Origin: an uncultured Clostridia bacterium
Lineage (GTDB): Bacteria; Bacillota; Clostridia; TANB77; CAG-508
Length of the DNA stretch: 41,502 bases
Direction: 5' to 3'
Assembly (NCBI GenBank): GCA_947623475.1
Contig: CANQGV010000001.1
Coordinates: 1-41,502, forward strand
The position numbers and the translations under genes were made by a program. This document shows, piece after piece, positions 1 to 8,921 of this stretch (within the stretch, counting starts at the first letter, position 1; each line of letters starts with the position of its first letter). The notes under the pieces were generated by a model. It did not search any database. It was not told the origin of the DNA and worked only from the letters and a program-made list of their open reading frames with translations.

Positions 1-152
1 GCCATTATTTCTGCATGTTTTGTTGTGTCTGTTTTCGTTTCTTTTTGATTATGTGCCCTTGCTATAATTTTACCATCTTTTACTATTACACACCCTACTG
101 GTACTTCTAATTTTTCAGCTGCTTTTTTTGCTTCTTTTAGGGCTTCTTTCAT
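1..152 (-). CDS. tadA: tRNA-specific adenosine deaminase TadA, N-terminal part (gene continues beyond left edge)
   Basis: Reverse translation from the ATG at 152-150 gives MKEALKEAKKAAEKLEVPVGCVIVKDGKIIARAHNQKETKTDTTKHAEIMA. This is a cytidine/adenosine-deaminase-fold N-terminus ending in the zinc-ligand HAE motif. An AAGGTGA SD lies upstream. The gene is truncated by the window edge, so it is absent from the ORF track. Confidence 0.8.
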   Translation of the reverse strand, partial: MKEALKEAKKAAEKLEVPVGCVIVKDGKIIARAHNQKETKTDTTKHAEIM

Positions 153-239
153 AAATTTTTCCAAGTTTTCACCTTGTATATATAATATTTAGATTTTTAA
201 TTAGGGTTATATCTATAAACCTGTATGCTTTTTATTGTA

Positions 240-315
<76 letters not shown>

Positions 316-321
316 ATGTTT

Positions 322-945
322 TTATATTTTTATAATCTTGTTTTCTTTTAGTATATCATATACTTTGTGTATTGGTAATCCTACAATTGTATTATAGTTT
401 CCTTCTATTCTTTCAACAAATACACCAAATTCTTCTTGCATTGCATATGCTCCTGCTTTATCCATTGCTTTTCCTGTATTTATCCATTTGTCTATTTCTT
501 TATCAGATATTTCTTTAAAAGTTACTTTTGCTTCATCATATGTTTTGTATTGTTTGATCTTTCCTTCAGCTTCTATTATTATTGTCAAACCTGTAAAAAC
601 ACTATGTGTTCTATTTCCACTTGCTAATTCTTTTATCATTTGTTTAGCTTGTTTAGTGTTTTTTGGCTTTCCATATATTTTACCATCTTTTACTACTATT
701 GTATCTGACCCTATTACTACTCTTGATTCTTGTGTTTTGTCAAATATATCTTTTGCTTTTATGTTTGAAAGTCTTATTACTTGTTGTTGTGGTGTTAAAC
801 TTGGATCTAAAGTTTCGTCAACTCCACTTACTATTATATCAAATTTAGATACTATCATTTTTAATAATTCTTTTCTTCTAGGTGATGATGATGCTAATAT
901 TATTTTCATTTTTACTTTATGATATATTTTGATTAAATATATCAT
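322..945 (-). CDS. maf: Maf-like nucleoside triphosphate pyrophosphatase (septum formation protein Maf)
   Basis: KIILASSSPRRKELL N-terminal motif and full-length Maf-like sequence. An AAAGGAG SD sits directly before the ATG at 945. An alternative start at 909 (MKIILASSS) lacks an SD. Confidence 0.88.
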   Translation of the reverse strand: MIYLIKIYHKVKMKIILASSSPRRKELLKMIVSKFDIIVSGVDETLDPSLTPQQQVIRLSNIKAKDIFDKTQESRVVIGSDTIVVKDGKIYGKPKNTKQAKQMIKELASGNRTHSVFTGLTIIIEAEGKIKQYKTYDEAKVTFKEISDKEIDKWINTGKAMDKAGAYAMQEEFGVFVERIEGNYNTIVGLPIHKVYDILKENKIIKI

Positions 946-977
946 ATTCTCCTTTCTTTATGACTTGTTACTTTGGT

Positions 978-1006
978 ATAATACCATAAATTTAACAATT
1001 TTTCAA
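978..1006 (-). promoter_or_regulatory. putative sigma-A type promoter for maf
   Basis: On the minus strand: TTGAAA (1006-1001), a 17-nt spacer, then TATTAT (983-978), about 30 nt upstream of the maf SD. Confidence 0.4.
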
Positions 1007-1067
1007 TTTATTGTAACAAGTTTATAAGTTATTTATTAAAATTTTACGATATAGTATTATATTCGTT

Positions 1068-1096
1068 TTGACTATATGGTATTTTAGTGGTATAAT
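1068..1096 (+). promoter_or_regulatory. putative sigma-A type promoter for the ttcA-like gene
   Basis: TTGACT (1068-1073), exactly 17 nt of spacer, then consensus TATAAT (1091-1096). An AAGGAG SD follows about 60 nt downstream, before the ATG at 1185. Confidence 0.5.
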
Positions 1097-1184
1097 TATT
1101 GTTGCTTTTATGGTTTATAGGTTTGCCTTTATAAAACCTAAATTTATGTAAGGAGTAGTTAGTTTTATCTAACATAAATATATT

Positions 1185-1892
1185 ATGCAAAAGATTTTAA
1201 GCCATATGAGAAAGGCAATTGAAGAATATAATATGATTGAAGAAAATGATAAAATTGCAGTATGTTTGTCTGGTGGTAAAGATTCTATTACTTTACTTTA
1301 TGCTTTCAAAGCATTGCAAAGATTTTACCCTAAACATTTTGATATTATTGCAGTTAGTATAAACCCTGGTTTTAAATTTTTTGACTGTGATTTATTGCAG
1401 TCTGTTTGTGATGATGTAGAAGTTCCTTTGTTTATAGAAAATAGTCATGCACAAGAGATTGTTTTTGATATTCGTAAAGAAAAAAATCCTTGTTCTTTAT
1501 GTGCAAATTTAAGAAGAGGTATTATCAATTCTATTGCTATTAGAGAAGGTTGCAATAAAATAGCTTTAGGTCATAATGAAGATGATGTTTTAGAAACTTT
1601 TTTACTTAACCTTTTTTATACTGGTAGTATCAGGACTTTTTCTCCTGTTACTTATATGGATAGATCTGGAATAACTTTAATTAGACCTTTGGTTTATGCT
1701 TCTGAAAAAGATACTAGACGTTTTATTAGAAAAAACAATTTAACTGTTATGCCAAAGGCTTGTCCTATGGACGGAACTTCTAAAAGAGAAGATATGAAAC
1801 AAATGATTTTTAAACTTTCTAAATCAATTCCTATGATTAGAGCAAACTTATTTGGTGCTATAAAAAGAAATCTTGATGATTGGAAAATATAA
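1185..1892 (+). CDS. ttcA: PP-loop ATPase, tRNA 2-thiocytidine biosynthesis TtcA family
   Basis: SGGKDS PP-loop motif plus conserved Cys motifs (CSLCANLRRG, CPMDG) typical of TtcA-type Fe-S tRNA thiolases. Confidence 0.8.
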   Translation: MQKILSHMRKAIEEYNMIEENDKIAVCLSGGKDSITLLYAFKALQRFYPKHFDIIAVSINPGFKFFDCDLLQSVCDDVEVPLFIENSHAQEIVFDIRKEKNPCSLCANLRRGIINSIAIREGCNKIALGHNEDDVLETFLLNLFYTGSIRTFSPVTYMDRSGITLIRPLVYASEKDTRRFIRKNNLTVMPKACPMDGTSKREDMKQMIFKLSKSIPMIRANLFGAIKRNLDDWKI

Positions 1893-1898
1893 AATTTA

Positions 1899-1930
1899 AC
1901 CCTGTATATTTATTTATACAGGGTTTTTTG
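1899..1930. terminator. bidirectional intrinsic terminator between convergent genes
   Basis: Stem CCCTGTATA (1900-1908) / TATACAGGG (1915-1923) followed by TTTTTT. It lies between the stop codons at 1892 (+) and 1933 (-). Confidence 0.6.
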
Positions 1931-1932
1931 TT

Positions 1933-3930
1933 TTATTTTTTATTGTTGTTTATGTTTTTTGCTTCTTTTTTCTTTATTATAATTATTGTTGTGGCAATTC
2001 CTATAGCAACTACTAACGCTATAACAGCTGGTACTACTGAATGATTTGCTCCTGTTTTTGGTGCATTTATTCCACTAGGTGTTCCACCTTTAGTTTCGTC
2101 TTTACTACTCCATCCGTTTTTTGTTGAGTTGTTTTTTGATGTTTGGTTGTTTGTTGTTTGTGCTTTGTTTTGTGTTTGATTATTTGTTGTTTGTGTTTTA
2201 TTTTGTGTTTTATTGTTTATTGTTTGTGTTTGATTATTTGTTGTTGGGTTTTCTGTTGGTGTTGGATTCTTTGTTGGGTTACTTGGCTCTGGATTTTCTG
2301 TTGGTGTTGGATCCTCTGTTGGGTTACTTGGTTCTGGATCTTCTGCTGGTGTTGGATCTTCTGTTGGATTACTTGGATCTGGGTCTTCTGCTGGTGTTGG
2401 ATCCTCTGTTGGGTTAGTTGGTTTTGGATCTTCTGCTGGTGTTGGGTCCTCTGTTGGATTACTTGGCTCTGGATCTACTGCATTTTCTGGATCTGTGACT
2501 GTAAATGCATAAATTGGTATATCATACTCACTTAATTGCCATCCTTGTGTTAGATTATTATTTGAATATACATTTCCTGCTATTCTGTTGTCATTTTTAT
2601 CTTTACTGTTTGCTGCATCTACATTTTTTCCAAGGAATTCTATTGCAATTGAAAACTCATTTCCTGTTATTTTTAATGGTTTGTCTAGTCTAAATATTAT
2701 TCCTCCTCCAACATAATCTGTTATATTCTTTGCTTCTCCTACATAAGTATAGTCTTCTGTATTTAGATCTCCACTTTTTTCATTTACATATATTTTAGCT
2801 TTTGCTTCTGGATCTCCTGTTGCTGATGATCCAGATATAACAGCTATAGTTTCAAGGTATTCTTCTTCAGATTTTTTGTTGAATTTTACTCCAAAAAATT
2901 GATTAGCAAGGCAATTACCATTGTCATCTGTTATCATTCTTCCTTGATTACATCTCAATGTTTGTGCATATGTATATTGTGTTTTTGGTTTATAGTCGTC
3001 TGTATCAATTACTCCATACATTTGCGTTAAGCTTTCATCATCATAAGATATATAGAAATAACCTTTATCTCCCCAATTTTCTCCCCATGAGTTCAATACA
3101 ATCCATGCTCCATCATGTTCTGGCTTTATTTTAAAATTATCTTTTGAATAATTATCGTCCCAACCAACAATACTTACAGCATGTCCTCCAGCTTTCATAC
3201 CTTTTTTATAATATAATGAATTTGTTTGCTCATTAAAATATTCTGTTCCACCGTTTGGAGAAGCTATATTTGCTTTTACTGATCCATATTGCATAATGTG
3301 TGCTTTTGCTAATTCCCTAATACTTGCTTTTTCTTCATCATTGCTACAATCAGAAGAGTCAGGGAATTCTACTGCTGATTTCACAGTAGCAACTAATTTT
3401 GCATTTTCTATTTTACTATATTCATCTTTAGAAAAATCTTTATATGGTATTTCGCTTTCTAATGGAATTCCGTACATTTCAGCATAACGTATTACATCTG
3501 AAACACATCCTCCGTCGCCTTCTTCTCTTTTTTCGATACTTCCTACTTCTCTTATTCCATAAAACTCCTTTGATGTTACATAGTCTAAGTATCTTTCAGA
3601 TAAATTATAGAATTTACCTTTCTTTTTAGCATAATTTGTTTCTATACATTCTGTTGTAGCAAAAATATCACATAACCCTAACGGATTTTGATTTTCTACT
3701 TCTATATTTATGTAATCTTTTAAGTTATATTTATTAGGCATTTTTATATTGTCCAAATTATATAGCTTTTTTACTTTATCACTTTTTAAGTCTTTTACTT
3801 GTATATTATAATTTTTGCTTTCTTCAAGTGGCTCATTATTTGCTGCTTGAACATATCCTATTCCTGTAATAGAAATAGACATAACTGTAATTATTGTAAC
3901 TACTAAACTTTTTAAAAATATTTTTTTCAT
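1933..3930 (-). CDS. secreted papain-like (C1 family) cysteine peptidase with Pro/Thr-rich stalk and C-terminal cell-wall sorting signal
   Basis: N-terminal signal peptide (MKKIFLKSLVVTIITVMSISITGIGYVQA). C1-type His/Asn region GGHAVSIVGWDD and LNSWGENWGDKGYFYISYDD. A PT-rich repeat stalk, then APKTG followed by a hydrophobic segment and a KKKEAK tail. Confidence 0.85.
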   Translation of the reverse strand: MKKIFLKSLVVTIITVMSISITGIGYVQAANNEPLEESKNYNIQVKDLKSDKVKKLYNLDNIKMPNKYNLKDYINIEVENQNPLGLCDIFATTECIETNYAKKKGKFYNLSERYLDYVTSKEFYGIREVGSIEKREEGDGGCVSDVIRYAEMYGIPLESEIPYKDFSKDEYSKIENAKLVATVKSAVEFPDSSDCSNDEEKASIRELAKAHIMQYGSVKANIASPNGGTEYFNEQTNSLYYKKGMKAGGHAVSIVGWDDNYSKDNFKIKPEHDGAWIVLNSWGENWGDKGYFYISYDDESLTQMYGVIDTDDYKPKTQYTYAQTLRCNQGRMITDDNGNCLANQFFGVKFNKKSEEEYLETIAVISGSSATGDPEAKAKIYVNEKSGDLNTEDYTYVGEAKNITDYVGGGIIFRLDKPLKITGNEFSIAIEFLGKNVDAANSKDKNDNRIAGNVYSNNNLTQGWQLSEYDIPIYAFTVTDPENAVDPEPSNPTEDPTPAEDPKPTNPTEDPTPAEDPDPSNPTEDPTPAEDPEPSNPTEDPTPTENPEPSNPTKNPTPTENPTTNNQTQTINNKTQNKTQTTNNQTQNKAQTTNNQTSKNNSTKNGWSSKDETKGGTPSGINAPKTGANHSVVPAVIALVVAIGIATTIIIIKKKEAKNINNNKK
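1936..2064 (-). other. cell-wall sorting signal (APKTG + TM + basic tail)
   Basis: GCA CCA AAA ACA GGA (2064-2050) encodes APKTG. It is followed by ANHSVVPAVIALVVAIGIATTIIII and KKKEAKNINNNKK. This resembles the (S/P)PxTG motifs processed by clostridial sortases. Confidence 0.6.
2246..2484 (-). repeat. in-frame tandem repeat, about 48-nt period (about 4.5 copies) encoding PSNPTEDPTPAEDPxP units
   Basis: Near-identical 48-nt units are visible, e.g. tctgttgggttacttggttctggatcttctgctggtgttggatc. A second Q/T/N-rich degenerate repeat lies at about 2140-2245. Confidence 0.75.
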
Positions 3931-4092
3931 TTTTCAACATCCTTTGCTTTACAAAAATTCCATTTATAATTATACCACATTTTTCCAAGTTTTTCAAGGC
4001 TTTTGTGTGTTTTAATTTTTGTTACAAATCTAATTTTCTTGTATAATTAATTTTTCAACCAAGTATTTTAGGATGTTATTATTTTTGACAAC

Positions 4093-4121
4093 AAAAAACT
4101 GAGTATTTATTTTATACTCAG
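4093..4121 (-). terminator. intrinsic terminator downstream of the phosphohexomutase gene
   Basis: Stem CTGAGTAT (4099-4106) / ATACTCAG (4114-4121) with an A-run at 4093-4098, which is a U-tract on the minus strand. Confidence 0.5.
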
Positions 4122-4138
4122 CTCTTTATTTTTATATA

Positions 4139-5866
4139 TTATTTTTCTACTATTTCTAACATCGCATTTTTTAAGTTTTCTACTTTCTCTTCTGCTTCTT
4201 CTTTTGTTTCTGCTCTTATTCCCATATATAGTTTTATTTTTGGCTCTGTTCCTGATGGACGTATACAGCACCATGAATTATTTTCTAATTCATAATATAA
4301 AACATTTGATTTTGGAAGTCCTGTTGATGTAATTTCTCCTGTTAACATATTTTTATTTATGTCTTGTTCTACATCTTTAAATTCTAATACTTTGTATCCT
4401 CCAACTTCGTTTACTTCTGTATTTCTCATTTTTGTCATCATATTTTTTATTTCTTGTGCTCCAGAAGCTCCTTCTTTTACTATTGCTACTTGTGTTTCTA
4501 TATAGTAACCATATTTTTTATATATTTCATTCATTGCATCCCATAATGTTTTTCCTTTAGAACTATAATAACATGCTGCTTCACATAGCGCCATTACTGC
4601 TGCTATTCCGTCTTTATCTCTTGCATAATCTCCTATTAAGCATCCATAACTTTCTTCAAATCCAAATACATATGTTTTGTCTTTGTTTTCTTCAGCCTTT
4701 TTCATTACAGCTCCAATGTTTTTAAATCCTGTTAAAACTTCTATACATTCTAATCCATATTCTTTTGCTATAGCTCTTGTTAAATTAGAAGATACTATTG
4801 TTGTTATTATCATTCCATCTGATGGAAGTATTCCTTTTTCTTTCATTTGAGATATTCTATATTCTGCAATAAGTAATGCTGACATGTTTCCTGTATAATC
4901 CATATATTTTCCTGTTGCTGTATCTTTTGCATATATTCCTAGTCTATCTGCATCTGGGTCTGTTGCTAAAACTACATCTGCATCTACTTTTTCTGCTAAT
5001 TCTAATGCTAATTTGAATGCTTTTTTATCTTCTGGATTAGGGTAGCTAACTGTTGGAAATTCTCCATCTGGATCTTTTTGTTCTGGTACTACATATACAT
5101 TTTCCATTCCTAATTCATTTAAAAGTCTTTCTGCTATTTGGTTTCCTGTTCCATGTAATGGTGTATATACTACTTTTAGTTTCTTTCCTTCTTCTTTCAT
5201 TACTTCTGGGTTAATTATACATTTCTTTAATGTTGCTATATATTTGTCATCCATTTCTGTTCCTACTATATTAAATAACCCTTTTTCTTTTGCTTCTTCT
5301 TCTGTTGTCATTTTTATTTCACTATAACTTTCAACTGCTTTTACTTTTCCTATTATATCTTTATCTCTTGGTGCTACTATTTGAGATCCGTCATCCCAAT
5401 ATACTTTATATCCATTATATTTAGGTGGGTTATGACTTGCTGTAATCATTATTCCTGCTGTACATCCTAATTCTCTTACTGCATATGATAGTTCTGGTAC
5501 AGGTCTTAATTTTTCGAATAAATATGTTTTTATTCCATTAGCATTTAATATTAATGCTGTTTGTTTACTAAATTCGTCTGACATTCTTCTTGAGTCATAA
5601 CTTATAACTACACCTTTTTGTTGTGTTCCTTGTTCTATTATATAATTTGCTAATCCTTGTGTTGCTTTTCCTACTGTGTATTTGTTCATTCTATTTGTTC
5701 CAGCTCCTAAAACTCCTCTTAGTCCTGCTGTTCCAAATTCTAATTCTTGGTAAAATCTATCTTCGATTTCACTTTCATTACCTTTAATTGATAATAACTC
5801 TGCTTTTGTTTCTTCGTCGAAGTCTGGGCTATTTAACCACTCTTCGTAAACTTTCATATAATCCAT
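4139..5866 (-). CDS. pgcA: alpha-D-phosphohexomutase family enzyme (phosphoglucomutase/phosphomannomutase, PgcA-like)
   Basis: Active-site loop TASHNPPKYNGYK, metal-binding DPDADR, and GTAGLRG near the N-terminus. The length (575 aa) and N-terminal sequence resemble Bacillus PgcA. Confidence 0.85.
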   Translation of the reverse strand: MDYMKVYEEWLNSPDFDEETKAELLSIKGNESEIEDRFYQELEFGTAGLRGVLGAGTNRMNKYTVGKATQGLANYIIEQGTQQKGVVISYDSRRMSDEFSKQTALILNANGIKTYLFEKLRPVPELSYAVRELGCTAGIMITASHNPPKYNGYKVYWDDGSQIVAPRDKDIIGKVKAVESYSEIKMTTEEEAKEKGLFNIVGTEMDDKYIATLKKCIINPEVMKEEGKKLKVVYTPLHGTGNQIAERLLNELGMENVYVVPEQKDPDGEFPTVSYPNPEDKKAFKLALELAEKVDADVVLATDPDADRLGIYAKDTATGKYMDYTGNMSALLIAEYRISQMKEKGILPSDGMIITTIVSSNLTRAIAKEYGLECIEVLTGFKNIGAVMKKAEENKDKTYVFGFEESYGCLIGDYARDKDGIAAVMALCEAACYYSSKGKTLWDAMNEIYKKYGYYIETQVAIVKEGASGAQEIKNMMTKMRNTEVNEVGGYKVLEFKDVEQDINKNMLTGEITSTGLPKSNVLYYELENNSWCCIRPSGTEPKIKLYMGIRAETKEEAEEKVENLKNAMLEIVEK

Positions 5867-5889
5867 ATTTTACTTTCTCCTTTTTTATT

Positions 5890-5927
5890 TTATTTTAAAA
5901 GCCACACTTAAATATTTATGTGGCTTT
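5890..5927 (-). terminator. intrinsic terminator between the pyrophosphorylase and phosphohexomutase genes
   Basis: Stem AAAGCCACA (5898-5906) / TGTGGCTTT (5919-5927) with an A/T run on the 3' side of the minus strand. Confidence 0.45.
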
Positions 5928-5941
5928 GTAATCTTAAATTA

Positions 5942-7195
5942 TTATCTTGATATACCCTTTTTGTGATATGCTTCATATAATTTTCTAGCTGTTGATGGAC
6001 AATCCACACCTGCTGAATCTGCATTTTTTACTGGTGCAAATTCTTCTTCTCTTTTTACTCTTAATACTAACATTTCATCTAATGTTCCAAATGTATCAAA
6101 TAAGAATGATTCAAATTTATATGCATTTGGTGAATCTGGTACTATTAGTTTTCCGTCTTTATCTATATATGTTGCTTTTTTATGTGCTATATGGTATGGA
6201 AGTGGTAAACTTCCCATTCTTTCTACTGCTTCTATGTTAAATAAGTTGCAAAGTAGATTTGATTCTCCATATAATAATTCTCCATTTTCATCAACTGCTT
6301 CTGCCATATCATCAGTTATTTCTGAATATTCTATAACACTTGGTCTTCCATTTCTTTTACAGAATACTCCTACTTTTTCATGTGGATTAGCTTTAACAAC
6401 AGATTTACATGCTACTGTTACATTTTTATCCATTGCCATTCCTACAAATAATGGATCTACCATTTTTGCTAAACAGTTATCTACTCCTCCGATGAAAATC
6501 CATTCAACACCAAGTTCTCTCATTTTTTCTGTCATTTTATTTTTTACAAGTGCTTCATAAATTCCACCATGTCCGTTTGCTGCTAATTTTATAACTCCAT
6601 CTTCATTTATTAAAATTTTACCTTCTGTATCAACCATTGGTAATTGACCTTGTTTGAAGAAAAATATGTCTTTGTCTTTTTTGTATCCGAAGAATTTATT
6701 TTTTTCAAAAAATTCTATTGTTTGGTCATTGTTTTCTTCACTTGTCATTATAAACCATGGAACACGAACTCCGTATTTCTTTTCACCTTCTTTTAAATTA
6801 TCACATAATAATTCAAATAAAGATTTATGTGAGTCTAACCCTATATCATATGCTCCTTTTGGTCCATCAAATCCAAGTCTTGTTCCTTGACCACCAGCCA
6901 TTGTAACTGCTGCAAGTTTTCCTTCTCTTATTGCTTTTTCACCTATTTTTTCGTATTCTTTATACTTATCATTTAATTTATATTTATCAGTATATTCCAT
7001 ATGAGATATTTCGTCATTGCTTGTGTCTATTTTGTCTGCAGTTCTGTATAAGCTATTTACTAGTCCAAAATCTACATTTTCAATTTGATCTAGTAATTCC
7101 TTTTGTTTTTTTTCACTTAATGTTGCAAAATGATTTAATATGTGTTCTTGACCATATTTCTTTAGTTTTGCTTCAGCCTCTTCTTTATTGATCAT
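5942..7195 (-). CDS. UDPGP-family UDP-sugar pyrophosphorylase (UAP1/UDP-N-acetylhexosamine pyrophosphorylase-like)
   Basis: MAGGQGTRLG nucleotide-binding loop and overall UDPGP type 1 pattern. The start is moved to the ATG at 7195 (MINKEEAE), which is preceded by GAAAGGAAGAG. The track start at 7255 is an SD-less TTG. Confidence 0.8.
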   Translation of the reverse strand: MINKEEAEAKLKKYGQEHILNHFATLSEKKQKELLDQIENVDFGLVNSLYRTADKIDTSNDEISHMEYTDKYKLNDKYKEYEKIGEKAIREGKLAAVTMAGGQGTRLGFDGPKGAYDIGLDSHKSLFELLCDNLKEGEKKYGVRVPWFIMTSEENNDQTIEFFEKNKFFGYKKDKDIFFFKQGQLPMVDTEGKILINEDGVIKLAANGHGGIYEALVKNKMTEKMRELGVEWIFIGGVDNCLAKMVDPLFVGMAMDKNVTVACKSVVKANPHEKVGVFCKRNGRPSVIEYSEITDDMAEAVDENGELLYGESNLLCNLFNIEAVERMGSLPLPYHIAHKKATYIDKDGKLIVPDSPNAYKFESFLFDTFGTLDEMLVLRVKREEEFAPVKNADSAGVDCPSTARKLYEAYHKKGISR

Positions 7196-7368
7196 ATTTT
7201 TCTCTTCCTTTCTTGTCTTGCTACTTTTTAGCAGAATAGTTAAATTAAAAAACAAAATTAGTTAATTTTGTTTTATTTGACTTTTATACTATACCATTTA
7301 GTAAATTTAGTCAAGATTTCATTTGTAAATTTTCATATGACTATTTTGTTGAATATTTAAAAAACATT

Positions 7369-7397
7369 TTGCTATTTGTTTATTTTTATGGTAAAAT
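7369..7397 (+). promoter_or_regulatory. putative promoter of the HAD phosphatase gene
   Basis: TTGCTA (7369-7374), a 17-nt spacer ending in TGG, then TAAAAT (7392-7397). Confidence 0.35.
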
Positions 7398-7446
7398 AGT
7401 TTTCCATATAATTATTTTTTGTATTAAGAAAGGGATGTAATATTAA

Positions 7447-8226
7447 ATGGAGAAACTAATTGTTTTAGATTTAGATGGAACTCTTCTAAAAAAAGATAAA
7501 TCTGTATCACAATATTCAATAAATACCTTGTTAAAATTTAAAGAAAATGGTAATAAAATACTGTTTGCAACAGCAAGGCCTCCTAGGGATTCTTACAAAT
7601 ATGTTCCTATTGAATTAAGGGATAATCCTATAATTTGTTATAATGGTGCTTGTATTTTGCAAAACGATACTTTGATTTATAAAAAACAACTTTCTAAAAA
7701 TGTTTCTTTAGAAATTATGAAAAAAGCTAGAAGTTTTGGTTATAATCAAATAAGCATTGAAATTGATGATGCTTTATATTCTAATTTTGATACTTCTACT
7801 TTTTTTAAAGGTGCAAAAAATAAAATAGTTACTTTAGAAAACATCAATTTTGATAAAGCTTATAAAGTACTAATTTGTAGCGATATTCCAATTTCACAAG
7901 ATTTACTTCGTGAACTTCCAAATTCTTGCAAAGGGACAATTACAGATAATGGAAGACTTTGCCAAATTGTAAATAGTGAGGCTTCTAAATGGAATAGTGT
8001 AAAATCATTGTCTGATAAATTAAATATTGACACTAAAAATATTATAGCTTTTGGCAATGATTATAATGATTTAGATATGATTAAAAATGCTGGAATAGGC
8101 GTTGCTATGCAAAATGCTGGAGATGATATTAAACAAGCTGCAGATTTTGTTACTGATAGTAATAATGATGATGGTGTTGCAAAATATATTGAAAAAAATC
8201 TTTTAGTTTTTGAAAAAGCTTTATAG
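7447..8226 (+). CDS. Cof-type HAD-IIB family sugar phosphatase
   Basis: DLDGTLL motif I, FATARP motif II region and GNDYNDLDM motif IV. Typical length of about 260 aa. Confidence 0.85.
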   Translation: MEKLIVLDLDGTLLKKDKSVSQYSINTLLKFKENGNKILFATARPPRDSYKYVPIELRDNPIICYNGACILQNDTLIYKKQLSKNVSLEIMKKARSFGYNQISIEIDDALYSNFDTSTFFKGAKNKIVTLENINFDKAYKVLICSDIPISQDLLRELPNSCKGTITDNGRLCQIVNSEASKWNSVKSLSDKLNIDTKNIIAFGNDYNDLDMIKNAGIGVAMQNAGDDIKQAADFVTDSNNDDGVAKYIEKNLLVFEKAL

Positions 8227-8232
8227 TTGTTA

Positions 8233-8262
8233 AAAGACAGGTTTGACCTGTCTTATTTTTTT
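8233..8262. terminator. intrinsic terminator between convergent genes
   Basis: Stem AAGACAGG (8234-8241) / CCTGTCTT (8247-8254) followed by a T-run. Confidence 0.5.
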
Positions 8263-8717
8263 GTTACTATTCTTTCTTGATATTTTTTTGTTATTTCTTT
8301 GCTTTTGTTTGCAATTTCATTAAAGTCGTAACAATCAGCTATCCAAACATTTTCTTTTTCTTTTGTTATTTTTGCTATTTTTTTATTTTGCTCTTCTATG
8401 TATTTTTCTTCTCCTTTTATATAAATTGATACTTTTTCTTCCTTTTCTATTGCCTTTTGTAAGTATTCATATTTTACTTCTGAGTTTTCTGTCCAGTCTA
8501 TTTTTTCTATTTCTTTCTTTTCTTTTTCAACTATGTTTATCTTTGAAAGTACTGTTTTTATTGTTTCTTCTAAATTGTTTTGTGTAAATATTATTATTTT
8601 TTTGTTTTCTTTTAGTTCTTTTTTTATATTCAACAATCCTATCATTTCAAAATGATAATCACTTACATAAAACATATAAGCTTTTTTACTTTCGTTTTTC
8701 AACATCGTTTTACTCAT
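8253..8717 (-). CDS. hypothetical protein (Lys/Glu-rich, no recognised motif)
   Basis: 154-aa ORF with a GGATGAG-type SD-like sequence upstream. I recognise no family. Confidence 0.55.
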   Translation of the reverse strand: MSKTMLKNESKKAYMFYVSDYHFEMIGLLNIKKELKENKKIIIFTQNNLEETIKTVLSKINIVEKEKKEIEKIDWTENSEVKYEYLQKAIEKEEKVSIYIKGEEKYIEEQNKKIAKITKEKENVWIADCYDFNEIANKSKEITKKYQERIVTKK

Positions 8718-8921
8718 CCTTTCTAACTCAGTATACTAAAGACTTTTAGCCGATCTCTTTTGTTTTTTGTTGACTGGTAAATTTTACCATTTTATTTCAA
8801 ATGTGTCAATATTATTTCAATTATATTTCATCGCCTTTTTTCGACCTTGTATATTTTTTATTTTTTGGGAAATAATTAAAGTAAAGAATATTTTTCTAAT
8901 TTTGTTTATAGGAGTCATTTT

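Noticed and set aside
436-922. Plus-strand ORFs 436..627, 488..922 and 663..848, lying inside the maf gene.
   Set aside because: They are antisense shadows of a well-supported minus-strand gene. Their translations are Leu/Phe/Cys/Ser-rich low-complexity sequence with no SD. The same applies to most short opposite-strand ORFs in the track, e.g. 5992..6240, 6234..6560, 7860..8057, 8363..8587, 9672..9881 and 13652..13867.
2121-2535. Plus-strand ORFs (98 and 130 aa) with striking CW/LF repeat translations, and a 48-nt periodicity that might suggest a CRISPR-like array.
   Set aside because: The periodicity is an in-frame coding repeat of the minus-strand protease (the PT-rich stalk). The units are contiguous, with no unique spacers and no repeat palindromes. 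The plus-strand ORFs are antisense artefacts of the repeat.
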